A stretch of DNA of 62,759 bases from contig DATHHQ010000325.1 of assembly GCA_035490095.1 (NCBI GenBank), forward strand, positions 1-62,759, written 5' to 3'. The stretch comes from Bradyrhizobium sp. (GTDB taxonomy: Bacteria > Pseudomonadota > Alphaproteobacteria > Rhizobiales > Xanthobacteraceae). Shown in pieces: positions 19,468 through 29,103 of this stretch (positions are counted from its first letter, which is position 1; the number at the start of each line of letters is the position of its first letter). The position numbers were made by a program, and so were the translations under genes. Under the pieces are notes generated by a model, which saw only the letters and a program-made list of their open reading frames with translations, was not told the origin of the DNA and searched no databases.

Positions 19468-20169
19468 TCAGGTGATCAGGGCGCCCCCATCGATATAGAC
19501 GATCGATCCCGTCGCAAAGCCGATCGTCATGAAGGCGAGGATTTGCCGCGCGATATCTTCCCCTGCGCCGACGCGGCCGACCGGCAAGGAAGCTGCCGTC
19601 TTGGCGAGCATGTCGCGCCGTGCCTCTTCCGGCATGGCGGCGCGGATCGGGGTGTCGATGATCCCAGGCGAGACGGCGTTGACGCGCACCGGCGCAAGTT
19701 CGAGCGCCAAACTACGCGCCAGCGACTCCAGCGCGCCGTTGGCGGCGCCGACAATGGCGGAGTTGGGCCGCGGACGAACGCTCAAATAGCCGGAGACCAG
19801 CGTCAGCGATCCACCCGGACGGATGTCTGCCGCGCGCGCAACGCGCCAGGCGCCCCAAAACTTGCTTTCCATCGTGGCGTGCACGTCCTCCATGGAAACG
19901 GTTTTGAAAGGCCCGGTGCGGAGTTGCGCCGCGGTGACCACGACATGATCGACCGGGCCGCAGCGATGGAAAAGACTGGCGATGCTTTCATCACTGGTGA
20001 CATCGGCCGGGATCGCGATGGCGTTCAACCTGGCTGCGACGGCATCCAGGCGGTCGACGTTGCGGGATGCGACAATAACATCGGCCCCTTCCCGCTTGGC
20101 GAGTTCGGCGGTCGCAAGGCCGATTCCGGAAGAGCCTCCGACGACGACGACTTTCTTACCTGCGAGCAT
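19468..20169 (-). CDS. SDR-family oxidoreductase
   Basis: GGSSGIG and VRVNAVSPG; the canonical YxxxK is replaced by VGAAN (atypical SDR). Confidence 0.88.
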   Translation of the reverse strand: MLAGKKVVVVGGSSGIGLATAELAKREGADVIVASRNVDRLDAVAARLNAIAIPADVTSDESIASLFHRCGPVDHVVVTAAQLRTGPFKTVSMEDVHATMESKFWGAWRVARAADIRPGGSLTLVSGYLSVRPRPNSAIVGAANGALESLARSLALELAPVRVNAVSPGIIDTPIRAAMPEEARRDMLAKTAASLPVGRVGAGEDIARQILAFMTIGFATGSIVYIDGGALIT

Positions 20170-20232
20170 AATGCGGTCTCCCTGATTTCATGGCTTTGGC
20201 GGCGAGAAATGTCGTGTCGGCGCGAATGACGG

Positions 20233-22035
20233 TCAGGTCGGATCGAATCGGGTTCCAATGCCCGGCTTGCTCTGCCCGAGTCCCGGAAGCTCCCAAACGC
20301 CGGCGCCGCTGGGATTAATATCGGCGGCGATATCGACATCGATCAGATAGGGCTTGTTGGCGGCGATGCCTTTGCGAATGGCTTCGCCGAGATCGCCGGC
20401 GCGATCGACGCGCACACCTTCGACGCCGCAGGAGCGCGCCATGGCGGCGAAGTCCGGATTGTAACGCGCGCCGGTGGTCGGATCGTGGAAGTCGGTGGCG
20501 AGTTCGCGGCCCCCGAGGTAGCCGCGCTGCAGCCCGCGGATCGAGGCGTAAGCGTAGTTGTTCCAGACCACCCAAACCACGGGCAGGTTATATTCGACCG
20601 CCGTTCCCAGCACATTGGCATGCATGAAGAACGCGCCGTCGCCGCATACCGATACGCAGGGACGGTCGGGGGCTGCGAACTTCGCGCCCATCACGCCGGC
20701 AACGCCAAAACCCATCGGGCCGAAGCCCATCGAGCCGATCAGCGAGTCCGGCCGCTTCGGCTTGCAGAAACTCAAAAGCCAATTGTGGTGCACGCCGATG
20801 TCGCTGACCAGGATCGCATTCTCCGGCAGCGCCTTGTCGATTTCGAGTGCCGCGCGCTGCGGATTGATCGGCGTGGTGTCGTCGGAAAAACCGGGGGCGA
20901 CGAACTTGTCCCATTCCTTGCGATAGGTGTCGATCTGCGCCAGCCATTTTTTGCGGGCATCGGCCTGCCTGGTGAGGTCGGCGCGGCGATCGAGTTCGGC
21001 ATGAATCTGCCGCAGGAAGGTACGCACATCGGCCATCAGGCCGAGCGCGACCGGATAATTGCGGCCGATTTCCTCCGGATCGATGTCGACGTGAATGAGC
21101 CGGGTCGGCGGAATCGTGAAGGAATAACCCGGGATCCATGAGCTCGAGGTCCGATCGTCAAACCGCATGCCCATCGCCAGCAGCACGTCGGCCTGACGCG
21201 TCGCATGATTGGCCTGGTAGTGGCCGGCGCGCGCAACGAGACCGAGCGCGAGCGGATGATTGGTGTCGATGGCGCCAAGGCCGCTGGCGGAAGCCGCCAC
21301 CGGAATTTGCAGCCGCTCCGCGAGCTTGCGCAACTCGTCGGCGGCGCCGCCATAGCGCACGCCCTGGCCAACGATCATCACCGGCCGCTCGGCACCGAGC
21401 AGCATGTCGACCGCCTTGACGACGCCTTCCGGATCGGCGCCGCAGCGGCTTGAGATATTGCCGTTCCACGCTTGCGCGTTCGGGGCTTCCTCGGCGGCCG
21501 ATTCCAGAAACACATCGAAGGGAACGTCGAGCACCACCGGACCCGGACGGCCTGACGTCATGGTCTTCCAGGCTTGCCGGACCGCGAGCGGCACCATCTC
21601 GCCACGCGTCGGCTGGAACACCTTCTTGCAATAGGACCGCACCGTGGAGGGGAAGTCCGCCTGATAATGCCGGTACAATTCCTGGAACGCGCCGCGATTG
21701 AACTGACTGGTCGGCACGTTGCCGGTTACCGCCAGGAACGGCACCGAGTCGAGAAACGCATTGCCAAGCGAGATCGGCAGGTTCGCCGAGCCCGGTCCGC
21801 AGGATGTGAAGGTCGCGGTTGGCCGCCCCGAAACGCGGTAATAGACGTCCGCCATGAAGCCGGCGACGCTCTCATGATGCACCGAAATCGTCTTGAGCTC
21901 GTCGGAACGCTCATACAGCGCGTCGATGAACTGGATATTGCCGTGACCGCACAGGCCGAACACCTGCGGTACCTTCTCCTGGATCAGGTAGTCGACGATA
22001 ACCTGAGCCCCATTAAGCGCATTGCGCGGCGACAT
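20233..22035 (-). CDS. Thiamine diphosphate-dependent enzyme (ALS/IolD-like)
   Basis: GLCGHGN, HHE catalytic Glu, GRPGPV, GDGAF...WNN ThDP motif. Confidence 0.92.
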   Translation of the reverse strand: MSPRNALNGAQVIVDYLIQEKVPQVFGLCGHGNIQFIDALYERSDELKTISVHHESVAGFMADVYYRVSGRPTATFTSCGPGSANLPISLGNAFLDSVPFLAVTGNVPTSQFNRGAFQELYRHYQADFPSTVRSYCKKVFQPTRGEMVPLAVRQAWKTMTSGRPGPVVLDVPFDVFLESAAEEAPNAQAWNGNISSRCGADPEGVVKAVDMLLGAERPVMIVGQGVRYGGAADELRKLAERLQIPVAASASGLGAIDTNHPLALGLVARAGHYQANHATRQADVLLAMGMRFDDRTSSSWIPGYSFTIPPTRLIHVDIDPEEIGRNYPVALGLMADVRTFLRQIHAELDRRADLTRQADARKKWLAQIDTYRKEWDKFVAPGFSDDTTPINPQRAALEIDKALPENAILVSDIGVHHNWLLSFCKPKRPDSLIGSMGFGPMGFGVAGVMGAKFAAPDRPCVSVCGDGAFFMHANVLGTAVEYNLPVVWVVWNNYAYASIRGLQRGYLGGRELATDFHDPTTGARYNPDFAAMARSCGVEGVRVDRAGDLGEAIRKGIAANKPYLIDVDIAADINPSGAGVWELPGLGQSKPGIGTRFDPT

Positions 22036-22281
22036 CGGATCTCTCCCTCCCAGTTTGACGATTCAAGGAGATCGCGCAGCCACCTTCGCTGCCCGACTGC
22101 CCAAGCGCGCCGCACCCTATTTCCCATAATACTGTACGTCAATTTATATTGTGGTAGGCTACCGCCGAGAGGCCGGTGGGCCGGCGGCGCCGCTCGATCG
22201 CGGCATCGCGCGACGCATCGCTTGTTTAGTTGTTGGGAAGGCCTGATACAGTTCGTCAGCCTCCCGTGGAGACTTGATCCT

Positions 22282-23178
22282 GTGAATCCGCGTACCAAGC
22301 AAAAGACCAGTGAGAAACCGGCAGGCCCGCGCAAGGCTGCCGCCGTCGCCAAGCTGGTGCCGCCGCCGCAAGGCGATATCGACGACGACGCCGATGATCG
22401 GCAGCGGGTCGGCGTCCAGTCACTCGGCCGCGCCTTTGCAATCCTCGAAGAGGTCGCGCGGCACCGCGAAGGTATTGGACTGGCGGACCTGAGCAAGCTG
22501 GTCGACTTGCACAATTCCACCACGTTCCATCTGGCGAAGACCATGGTGTCGCTGGGCTATCTGCGTCAGGAGAAAGATTCCAAACGCTACCGCGTCGGCC
22601 GGCCGCTGTTTGCGCTTGCGGCCAGCGCGCTCGACGAAATCGAGATGGTCAATGTCGCGACACCGGTGCTGGAGGAGTTGTCGCGAGAAACCAGCGAAAG
22701 CGGCCATTTCGCGGTGCGTATGGGCGACGCCGTCGTCGTGATCGCGCGCACCAGCGGCCCCGGCGCATTTCAGCTGACCGACCGGGTCGGCGTGGTCCGC
22801 CCGGCCCATTGTACCGCGCTCGGCAAGATCATCCTGGCCTCGCTGCGGCCGGATCAACTGAAGCGGTTCCTTGAACGCGCCGACCTGAAACCATCGACCT
22901 CGAAGTCGATCACCGACGTTTCGGTGCTGCTGCGCGAGATTGCCGAGATCAAACGCAGCGGCATTGCCTTTGACGACGGCGAATTCAATCCGGAAGTACG
23001 TTGCGTCGCGGTGCCGGTAACCGATTTTACCGGGCAGATTATCGGGGCGCTCGGTATTTCCGGTCCGATCTGGCGGCTGTCCAACCAGGCGCTGCACAGC
23101 AGCGCTCAAATCGTTCAGGCGGCGGCCAATCGCCTGTCCGCTGAATTTGGCGCCAAACGCCCAACCAAATCTTCTTGA
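22282..23178 (+). CDS. IclR-family transcriptional regulator
   Basis: VQSLGRAFAILE HTH, HCTALGK, CVAVPV; exact start uncertain. Confidence 0.9.
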   Translation: MNPRTKQKTSEKPAGPRKAAAVAKLVPPPQGDIDDDADDRQRVGVQSLGRAFAILEEVARHREGIGLADLSKLVDLHNSTTFHLAKTMVSLGYLRQEKDSKRYRVGRPLFALAASALDEIEMVNVATPVLEELSRETSESGHFAVRMGDAVVVIARTSGPGAFQLTDRVGVVRPAHCTALGKIILASLRPDQLKRFLERADLKPSTSKSITDVSVLLREIAEIKRSGIAFDDGEFNPEVRCVAVPVTDFTGQIIGALGISGPIWRLSNQALHSSAQIVQAAANRLSAEFGAKRPTKSS

Positions 23179-23204
23179 ACCAGGCCCCGACGGCGCTTTT
23201 GGCG

Positions 23205-23236
23205 TTGACAGCGGGCCTCGCCTCCGAAAATATCAT
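23205..23236 (+). promoter_or_regulatory. Putative sigma70 promoter of the Liv-type ABC operon
   Basis: TTGACA at 23205, then 17 bp, then AAATAT(CAT). Confidence 0.45.
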
Positions 23237-23336
23237 CCAACAATAAAAAACTGCCTCTCACATTCTCGCATAGGCCGGAATTGATGGAGGACATCGCGTG
23301 CGCACCCGGTGTGCGGCCCCTGGGAGGAGACCAACG

Positions 23337-24578
23337 ATGACCCACTACAACCGACGAACGCTGTTGAAAGCGAGCGCCGCAATTGCCGGCGCATCCGCGA
23401 TCGGATTTCCGGCGATCAGCTATGGCCAGACTGAAAAGATCAGAATCGGCCATCTCACGCCGCTGACCGGCTTTCTCGGCGCGCTCGGCGCCTATGCGAC
23501 CCTCGGCATGAGAATGGCGGAGGAAGAAATCAACAAGGCTGGCGGCGTGATGGGACGCCCGATTGAAGTGATGTCGGAAGACTCGGTCAATCCCGCCACC
23601 GCCGCGACCAAGGCCCAGCGCATGCTCGAGCAGGACGGTGCGACCGTTTTGATGGGTGAAATCAGTTCGGCGTCCGCGATCACCATCATGCAGGTGGCGG
23701 CGCGCAACAAGCGGCTGTTCATGCAGATCGGCGCGCGGTCGGATACGTTACGCGGCAAGAACTGCAACAAGTACACGTTCCATGTCGACATTCCCAACAC
23801 CGTCATGGTCAACGCGGTCGGCAAGGCGCTGTTGCGCGACAACCTTGTCAAGGATAAGAAGTTCTTCACGCTCACGGCCGACTATGTGTTCGGGCACGAT
23901 CTGCTCGGCGCCGCCAAACGTTTTTTCGCGGCCAACCATGGCAACCTGATCGGCGACGAGCTGATCGCAACCGACGTCACCGACTTCAGCCCCTATCTGC
24001 TGAAGCTGCGGCAAGCCAAGCCCGACGTGGTCTGTTGCAACCTTGCCGGCAATCAGGTCACGAACCTGATCAAGCAATATGCCGAATTCGGGCTGCCCTA
24101 TCCGATCGTCGGCTTCAATCTCAACACCGCGGACGCCTGGGCGGCCGGCGACGGCAATCTGAGCGGCACCTGGCCAACGGTCTGGCACCACGACCTCGAC
24201 ACCCCGGCTTCCAAGGCCTTTGTCGCGGCCTTCACCAAGAAGCATGAGAAGCCGCCGGAGAACCATGCCTGGATCGAATACATCTCGTTCAAGATCATGG
24301 CGCAGGCCATGAACGAAACCAAATCGACCGACACCGAAAAGTTGATCCAATATTTCGAGAAAGAGACCCAGTTCGACATCCTGAAGAGCCGCAAGGGTTA
24401 TTTCCGTGCGTGGGATCACCAACTGGTGCAGGAAGCCTATCCGTTCACGGTCAAAGCCAAGGGTAAGGCCAAGGACAAGTGGGACTTCCTCGCGCTCGGG
24501 CCGGCGATCCCCGCGGCGAACGAGCCGCTTGACGTCATCAACCCGACCAAGGAGCAGAACCCCTGCACGTTGACATAG
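23337..24578 (+). CDS. Branched-chain amino acid-type ABC substrate-binding protein with Tat signal
   Basis: NRRTLLK twin-arginine motif; IRIGHLTPLTG, INKAGGVMGRPIE. Confidence 0.9.
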   Translation: MTHYNRRTLLKASAAIAGASAIGFPAISYGQTEKIRIGHLTPLTGFLGALGAYATLGMRMAEEEINKAGGVMGRPIEVMSEDSVNPATAATKAQRMLEQDGATVLMGEISSASAITIMQVAARNKRLFMQIGARSDTLRGKNCNKYTFHVDIPNTVMVNAVGKALLRDNLVKDKKFFTLTADYVFGHDLLGAAKRFFAANHGNLIGDELIATDVTDFSPYLLKLRQAKPDVVCCNLAGNQVTNLIKQYAEFGLPYPIVGFNLNTADAWAAGDGNLSGTWPTVWHHDLDTPASKAFVAAFTKKHEKPPENHAWIEYISFKIMAQAMNETKSTDTEKLIQYFEKETQFDILKSRKGYFRAWDHQLVQEAYPFTVKAKGKAKDKWDFLALGPAIPAANEPLDVINPTKEQNPCTLT

Positions 24579-24583
24579 CAGAG

Positions 24584-24615
24584 GGACGCGGGGCGCCGCA
24601 CTGGCGCCCGCGTCC
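24584..24615 (+). terminator. GC-rich hairpin after the SBP gene (attenuator or mRNA stabiliser)
   Basis: GGACGCGGGGCGCC-GCACT-GGCGCCCGCGTCC; no U-tract. Confidence 0.45.
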
Positions 24616-24717
24616 GCTGATCGTGCGGCGGCGGCAGGCGCGACATCGCCGACACCTTTTCCGCGCCCGTCTTTCGCGTCCAGTTCTTCCGTATCCTAGT
24701 CCTGAGAACTTCGTTTC

Positions 24718-25584
24718 ATGTTCTTGCTCGAACAGGTGGTCAACGGCCTTGTGCTCGGAGGTTACTACCTGCTGATCGCGCTGGGCCTGTCGCTGATCTT
24801 CAGCGTCGGCGGCGTCGTCAATCTGGCGCACGGCGCATTCTACGCTTTGGGCGCCTATGTATCGGTCGAAATCACAAAATATCTCGGCTTCGGTGCCGCG
24901 GTCGTGCTCTCGCCGATCGCCGTCGGCCTGCTCGGCATACTCTTTGAGAGATTCATCCTGCGCCGGTTCTACACCGCAGATCCGATCCTGAGCCTGCTGG
25001 TCACCTTCGGCCTTGCCATGGTTGCCGAGCAGCTGATCCGCATCGTCTGGGGCTCCGCGCCGCTTTCCCAGACCATGCCGGCCAACCTGAAAGGTGCCGT
25101 GATCGTCGGCGATTTCCTGTTCTCGCGCTATCGGCTGATGCTGCTGGTGGTGGTCGCCGCGGTTCTAGTGGGCGTCTGGCTGCTGCTGCACAAGACCTCG
25201 TTCGGCCGCGTGGTGCGCGCCGGCATCCAGCGGCCGGATATGGTCGCCGCACTTGGCATCCGGCTGCAGCCCTACATGACCACCATTGTGATGCTCGGCG
25301 TCGGTATGGCCGCGATGGGTGGCGCGTTCTTTGCCCCGATCACGATCGTGCACCCGGCGATGGGCGCGGAGATCATCACCGTCGCCTTTGTCGTGGTGGT
25401 GATCGGCGGACTGGGCAGCTTCTGGGGCGTGGTGCTTGCGGCGCTGCTGGTGGGCGTGGTGCGCGGCATCACCATTCATTTTCTGCCGGCTGCCGGTGAA
25501 GCGTCGATTTACGTCCTGATGTTTCTGGTGCTGCTGTTCCGGCCGCGCGGCCTGCTCGGCGAGCGCATCGAGAAATTCGAATGA
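24718..25584 (+). CDS. Branched-chain ABC permease (LivH-like)
   Basis: ALGLSLIF, VNLAHGAFY, VVIGGLGS, RPRGLLG. Confidence 0.92.
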   Translation: MFLLEQVVNGLVLGGYYLLIALGLSLIFSVGGVVNLAHGAFYALGAYVSVEITKYLGFGAAVVLSPIAVGLLGILFERFILRRFYTADPILSLLVTFGLAMVAEQLIRIVWGSAPLSQTMPANLKGAVIVGDFLFSRYRLMLLVVVAAVLVGVWLLLHKTSFGRVVRAGIQRPDMVAALGIRLQPYMTTIVMLGVGMAAMGGAFFAPITIVHPAMGAEIITVAFVVVVIGGLGSFWGVVLAALLVGVVRGITIHFLPAAGEASIYVLMFLVLLFRPRGLLGERIEKFE

Positions 25585-28124
25585 AGAGAACCAGGCTTTA
25601 TTCGAAGTTTCAGCCGCTGCTGATCGCGGCGCTGGCGCTCGTTGCGCTGCCGTTCGTGATGCGGCTATTCGGCCTGACCGTGAATACCGCTTCCATGGTG
25701 GTGATCCTGACGATCGCGACCATGGGGCTCAATCTGTGCGTGGGCTACACCGGTCTGGTGTCGTTCGGGCATGGCGCCTGGTTCGGTATCGGCGCTTATG
25801 CCGCCGGGATCATCCAGAAACACTGGCTGCACGATGCGATCGTGATTCCCCTGCTGTTGTCGATGCTGGTGGTCGCCATGCTGTCGACCTTCGTGGGCAT
25901 CGTCATCCTGCGCCGGCGTGGGGTCTATTTCTCGTTGCTGACGCTGGCGCTGGCGGCGCTGACCTACACCGTCGCGTTCCGCTGGACCGAAGTGACCGGC
26001 GGCGAGGACGGACTGAGTGGCCTGACGCGCGGCGGCAATATCGGACCGTTCAACCTCGACAATGGGCTTACCTTCTACGCCGCGGTGGCGCTGATTGGGC
26101 TCGTGGTGCTCTACGTGCTGCTGCGCGTCGTGCGCTCGCCGTTCGGTCATGTGCTGGTGGCGATCCGCGAGAACCAGTTGCGCGCCACGTTTCAGGGCTA
26201 TTCGGTCGAACGCTACAAGCTTGGCGTGTTCGTTATTTCGGCCGTGGTGACGGGACTGGCCGGCGCGCTGCTCGGCTTCCAGACCTACCTGGTATCGGCG
26301 GAAGCGGTCTCGGTGCCGTTTTCCGGCGAGCTGCTGGCAATGGTCGTAATCGGCGGCATGCACAACATGCTGGGCCCGGCGCTCGGCGCGCTGTTCTTCG
26401 TCCTGTTCCGCGAATTGTTTTCGATCTGGAGTTCGAACTGGCTGCTCTATTTCGGCATGATCTTCGTCGCCTTCGTACTTTATTCGCCCGGCGGACTGGT
26501 CGGCATTTGGGAGAGGTTTACCCGGCGCTGGCGTCCGCTGCCGGAAGAAGCCGCCGCGATGAGCAAACGCAGGATCTACCAAGGCTTGCCCCTGCCCGGC
26601 TTCCTGCTGCCGGAGAGCCTGAAGGGAACGGTGCTGCGGGTCGAGAACGTCGCGAAACAGTTCGGCGGAATTCGCGCGGTCGCCGGCGCCGGCCTGACCA
26701 TCGAAGCCGGTGAAATTCATGCCCTGATCGGACCGAACGGCGCCGGCAAGACCACCTTGTTCAACCTGGTTTCCGGCCTGTACACCCCGGACACCGGCAT
26801 CGTGCAGCTCAATGGCCGCGAGATCCAAGGCCTGCCCTCGCATCTTATCTGTCATCGCGGCCTCGCCCGCTCGTTCCAGATCACCAACCTGTTCGGCGGC
26901 CTGTCGATCTACGAGAACTTGCGGCTTTCGCTGCAGGCGCGGCATGCGATGCGCTTCAACATCTGGCGCGATATCGACAGCTATCCGCAGGTTCACGCCG
27001 AAACCGCCGAACTGATAAAATTCCTCGGTCTCGAAGGCATCGAAGAGATCGAAGGCGGCGAACTGTCCTATGGCGGGCAACGGCTGGTGGACCTGGGGAT
27101 CGCGCTCGGCTCCAAACCACAGGTGCTGTTGCTCGATGAGCCGCTGGCTGGCCTCGCCGCCGCGGAGCGCGAGCGCGTCTCAAACCTGATCAAGAACGTG
27201 GCCGCCAACATTCCGGTATTGATCGTCGAGCACGACATCGACCGCGTGCTCGGTTTTTCGCAAACCGTCACCGTGATGAACCAGGGCCAGGTGCTGATGA
27301 CGGGTACGCCCGAGGCGGTGCGAGCCGACCGGCGCGTGCAGGAAATCTATACCGGCACCGGCATCCCCGAGGTCGAGCACAGCCGCATCGACGAGGCCCG
27401 GCAGGACGCCGCGCAGGTCCTGCGCTTTGAAGGCGTCAACACATTCTACGGCAAAAGCCACATTCTTCATGACGCGACGCTGGATGTGCGCGAGGGCGAG
27501 ATCGTGGCACTGCTCGGCCGCAACGGCGCCGGCAAGTCGACGCTCCTGAAAACACTGGCCGGGCTGGTGCCGCTGGCGTCCGGCACCATCGAATATGACG
27601 GCCGCAATATCGCGGGGCTGCCGGCACCCGATATCTCGCGCATGGGCATCGGCTACGTGCCTCAGGGTCGCGGCCTGTTCGCCGGTATGACGGTGCGGGA
27701 AAATCTCTCGCTCGGCCGCCTGGCGCGCAAGACCGACGGCAGTAACGGCGTGGTGTGGAGCGAGGAGCGGATCCTCGAATATTTTCCACGCCTGAAAGAG
27801 CGCATGGACGTCGCGGCGGACTACCTGTCCGGCGGCGAACAGCAGATGGTGGCGGTGGCGCGCGCCATGTCGGGCAACGTAAAACTGTTGCTGCTGGACG
27901 AGCCGTTCGAGGGGCTGGCACCGACCGTGATCCTCGAACTGTTCAAAGTGTTCGACCTCTTGCGGCGGCACACCTCCATCGTGATCGTCGAGCACAATCT
28001 CGATCTGGTGCTGGCGCTGGCCGACCGCGTCTTCGCGCTGGAACGCGGCGCGGTATTCCACCAGGGGCCCGCGGCGCCATTATTGACCGACCTCGAATAC
28101 CGCAAACGGATCCTGTGGCTGTGA
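25581..28124 (+). CDS. Fused permease plus two ATPase domains (LivM-LivG-LivF-like)
   Basis: GYTGLVSFGH permease; GPNGAGKT/LSYG/LLLDEP; GRNGAGKS/LSGGEQQ/LLLDEP, all in one 847-aa ORF. Confidence 0.92.
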   Translation: MKRTRLYSKFQPLLIAALALVALPFVMRLFGLTVNTASMVVILTIATMGLNLCVGYTGLVSFGHGAWFGIGAYAAGIIQKHWLHDAIVIPLLLSMLVVAMLSTFVGIVILRRRGVYFSLLTLALAALTYTVAFRWTEVTGGEDGLSGLTRGGNIGPFNLDNGLTFYAAVALIGLVVLYVLLRVVRSPFGHVLVAIRENQLRATFQGYSVERYKLGVFVISAVVTGLAGALLGFQTYLVSAEAVSVPFSGELLAMVVIGGMHNMLGPALGALFFVLFRELFSIWSSNWLLYFGMIFVAFVLYSPGGLVGIWERFTRRWRPLPEEAAAMSKRRIYQGLPLPGFLLPESLKGTVLRVENVAKQFGGIRAVAGAGLTIEAGEIHALIGPNGAGKTTLFNLVSGLYTPDTGIVQLNGREIQGLPSHLICHRGLARSFQITNLFGGLSIYENLRLSLQARHAMRFNIWRDIDSYPQVHAETAELIKFLGLEGIEEIEGGELSYGGQRLVDLGIALGSKPQVLLLDEPLAGLAAAERERVSNLIKNVAANIPVLIVEHDIDRVLGFSQTVTVMNQGQVLMTGTPEAVRADRRVQEIYTGTGIPEVEHSRIDEARQDAAQVLRFEGVNTFYGKSHILHDATLDVREGEIVALLGRNGAGKSTLLKTLAGLVPLASGTIEYDGRNIAGLPAPDISRMGIGYVPQGRGLFAGMTVRENLSLGRLARKTDGSNGVVWSEERILEYFPRLKERMDVAADYLSGGEQQMVAVARAMSGNVKLLLLDEPFEGLAPTVILELFKVFDLLRRHTSIVIVEHNLDLVLALADRVFALERGAVFHQGPAAPLLTDLEYRKRILWL

Positions 28125-28140
28125 CCTGACGGAGGCGACG

Positions 28141-29097
28141 ATGCAATACCTGGTAGCGGCGGTGCTGGCTGGTTCGATGGCCTTGTTCGCAGGCAGTGCC
28201 AAGGCGACGGGTGAAATGACCATCGCCGTATTCACCAAGAACTCGACCAACCCCGCTTACGAAGCGTTCCGCATCGCCGCCGACCAGATTGCGCGCTCAG
28301 CGGGGGCGCGGGTGCTGCACTTCGTTCCGAAGCTGCCCGACAATGTCGACGAACAGAAGGCGATGGTGGAGCAGGTCCTGAAGGACAGGCCGGACGCCGT
28401 CATCTTCATTCCCGTCGATGACGTCGCCATGGTCGATTCGGTCAAGAAGCTCAACGAAGCGAAAATTCCGGTGGTGCTGGTTTCCAATCCCCTGCCCGGC
28501 AGCTTCGTTACCTATGTCGGCGCCGACGACTTCGAGATCGGATACCGGGAAGCGCGCTATCTGTTCGAACATCTCGGGGCTAAAGGAAAGATCGTCGTCA
28601 TCGAAGGCACCCCGGCGGCGCCCACCAACCGCGAGCGCGTGCGCGGATACCAGCGCGCCTTCGCCGAGTTTCCGGGGATTGAGGTGCTCGGCTCCGGGAT
28701 CGGCAACTACCAGCAACCCGACGCCAAACGGGTGATGGAGAAATTCCTGGGCGAGCACCCGCAGATCGACGCCGTGCTCTCCGCCAATGACGGGATGGCG
28801 CTCGGCGTACTGGAAGCGCTGAAGGAAGCGAACCGGACATCTGTTGTTATCGGCATCAACGGCATTCTGCCGGCGGTGAAGCAGATCGAGACCGGCGCGA
28901 TCCTCGCGTCAGTCGATTTCAACATGTTCAAGATCGGCTGCGTCGCGACCCGCGCGGCGGTGCGCCATCTCAAGCGCGAGCCGCTGCCGGAAAAGGTCAT
29001 CCTGCCGGCCGAGATCATCGACAAGACCAACTACAAGGCCTGGCTTGTCCCGGTGGACCAGCGTAGCTGCCCGGAATGGACCGACGTCGTCAGGTGA
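28141..29097 (+). CDS. Sugar-type (RbsB-like) ABC substrate-binding protein
   Basis: Signal peptide, YVGADDFEIG, SANDGMALG. Confidence 0.88.
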   Translation: MQYLVAAVLAGSMALFAGSAKATGEMTIAVFTKNSTNPAYEAFRIAADQIARSAGARVLHFVPKLPDNVDEQKAMVEQVLKDRPDAVIFIPVDDVAMVDSVKKLNEAKIPVVLVSNPLPGSFVTYVGADDFEIGYREARYLFEHLGAKGKIVVIEGTPAAPTNRERVRGYQRAFAEFPGIEVLGSGIGNYQQPDAKRVMEKFLGEHPQIDAVLSANDGMALGVLEALKEANRTSVVIGINGILPAVKQIETGAILASVDFNMFKIGCVATRAAVRHLKREPLPEKVILPAEIIDKTNYKAWLVPVDQRSCPEWTDVVR

Positions 29098-29103
29098 AGT
29101 GAT

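Noticed and set aside
21574-22281. Long N-terminal extension of IclR
   Set aside because: Overlaps the ThDP gene antisense and the promoter region; the IclR domain starts near 22.4 kb.
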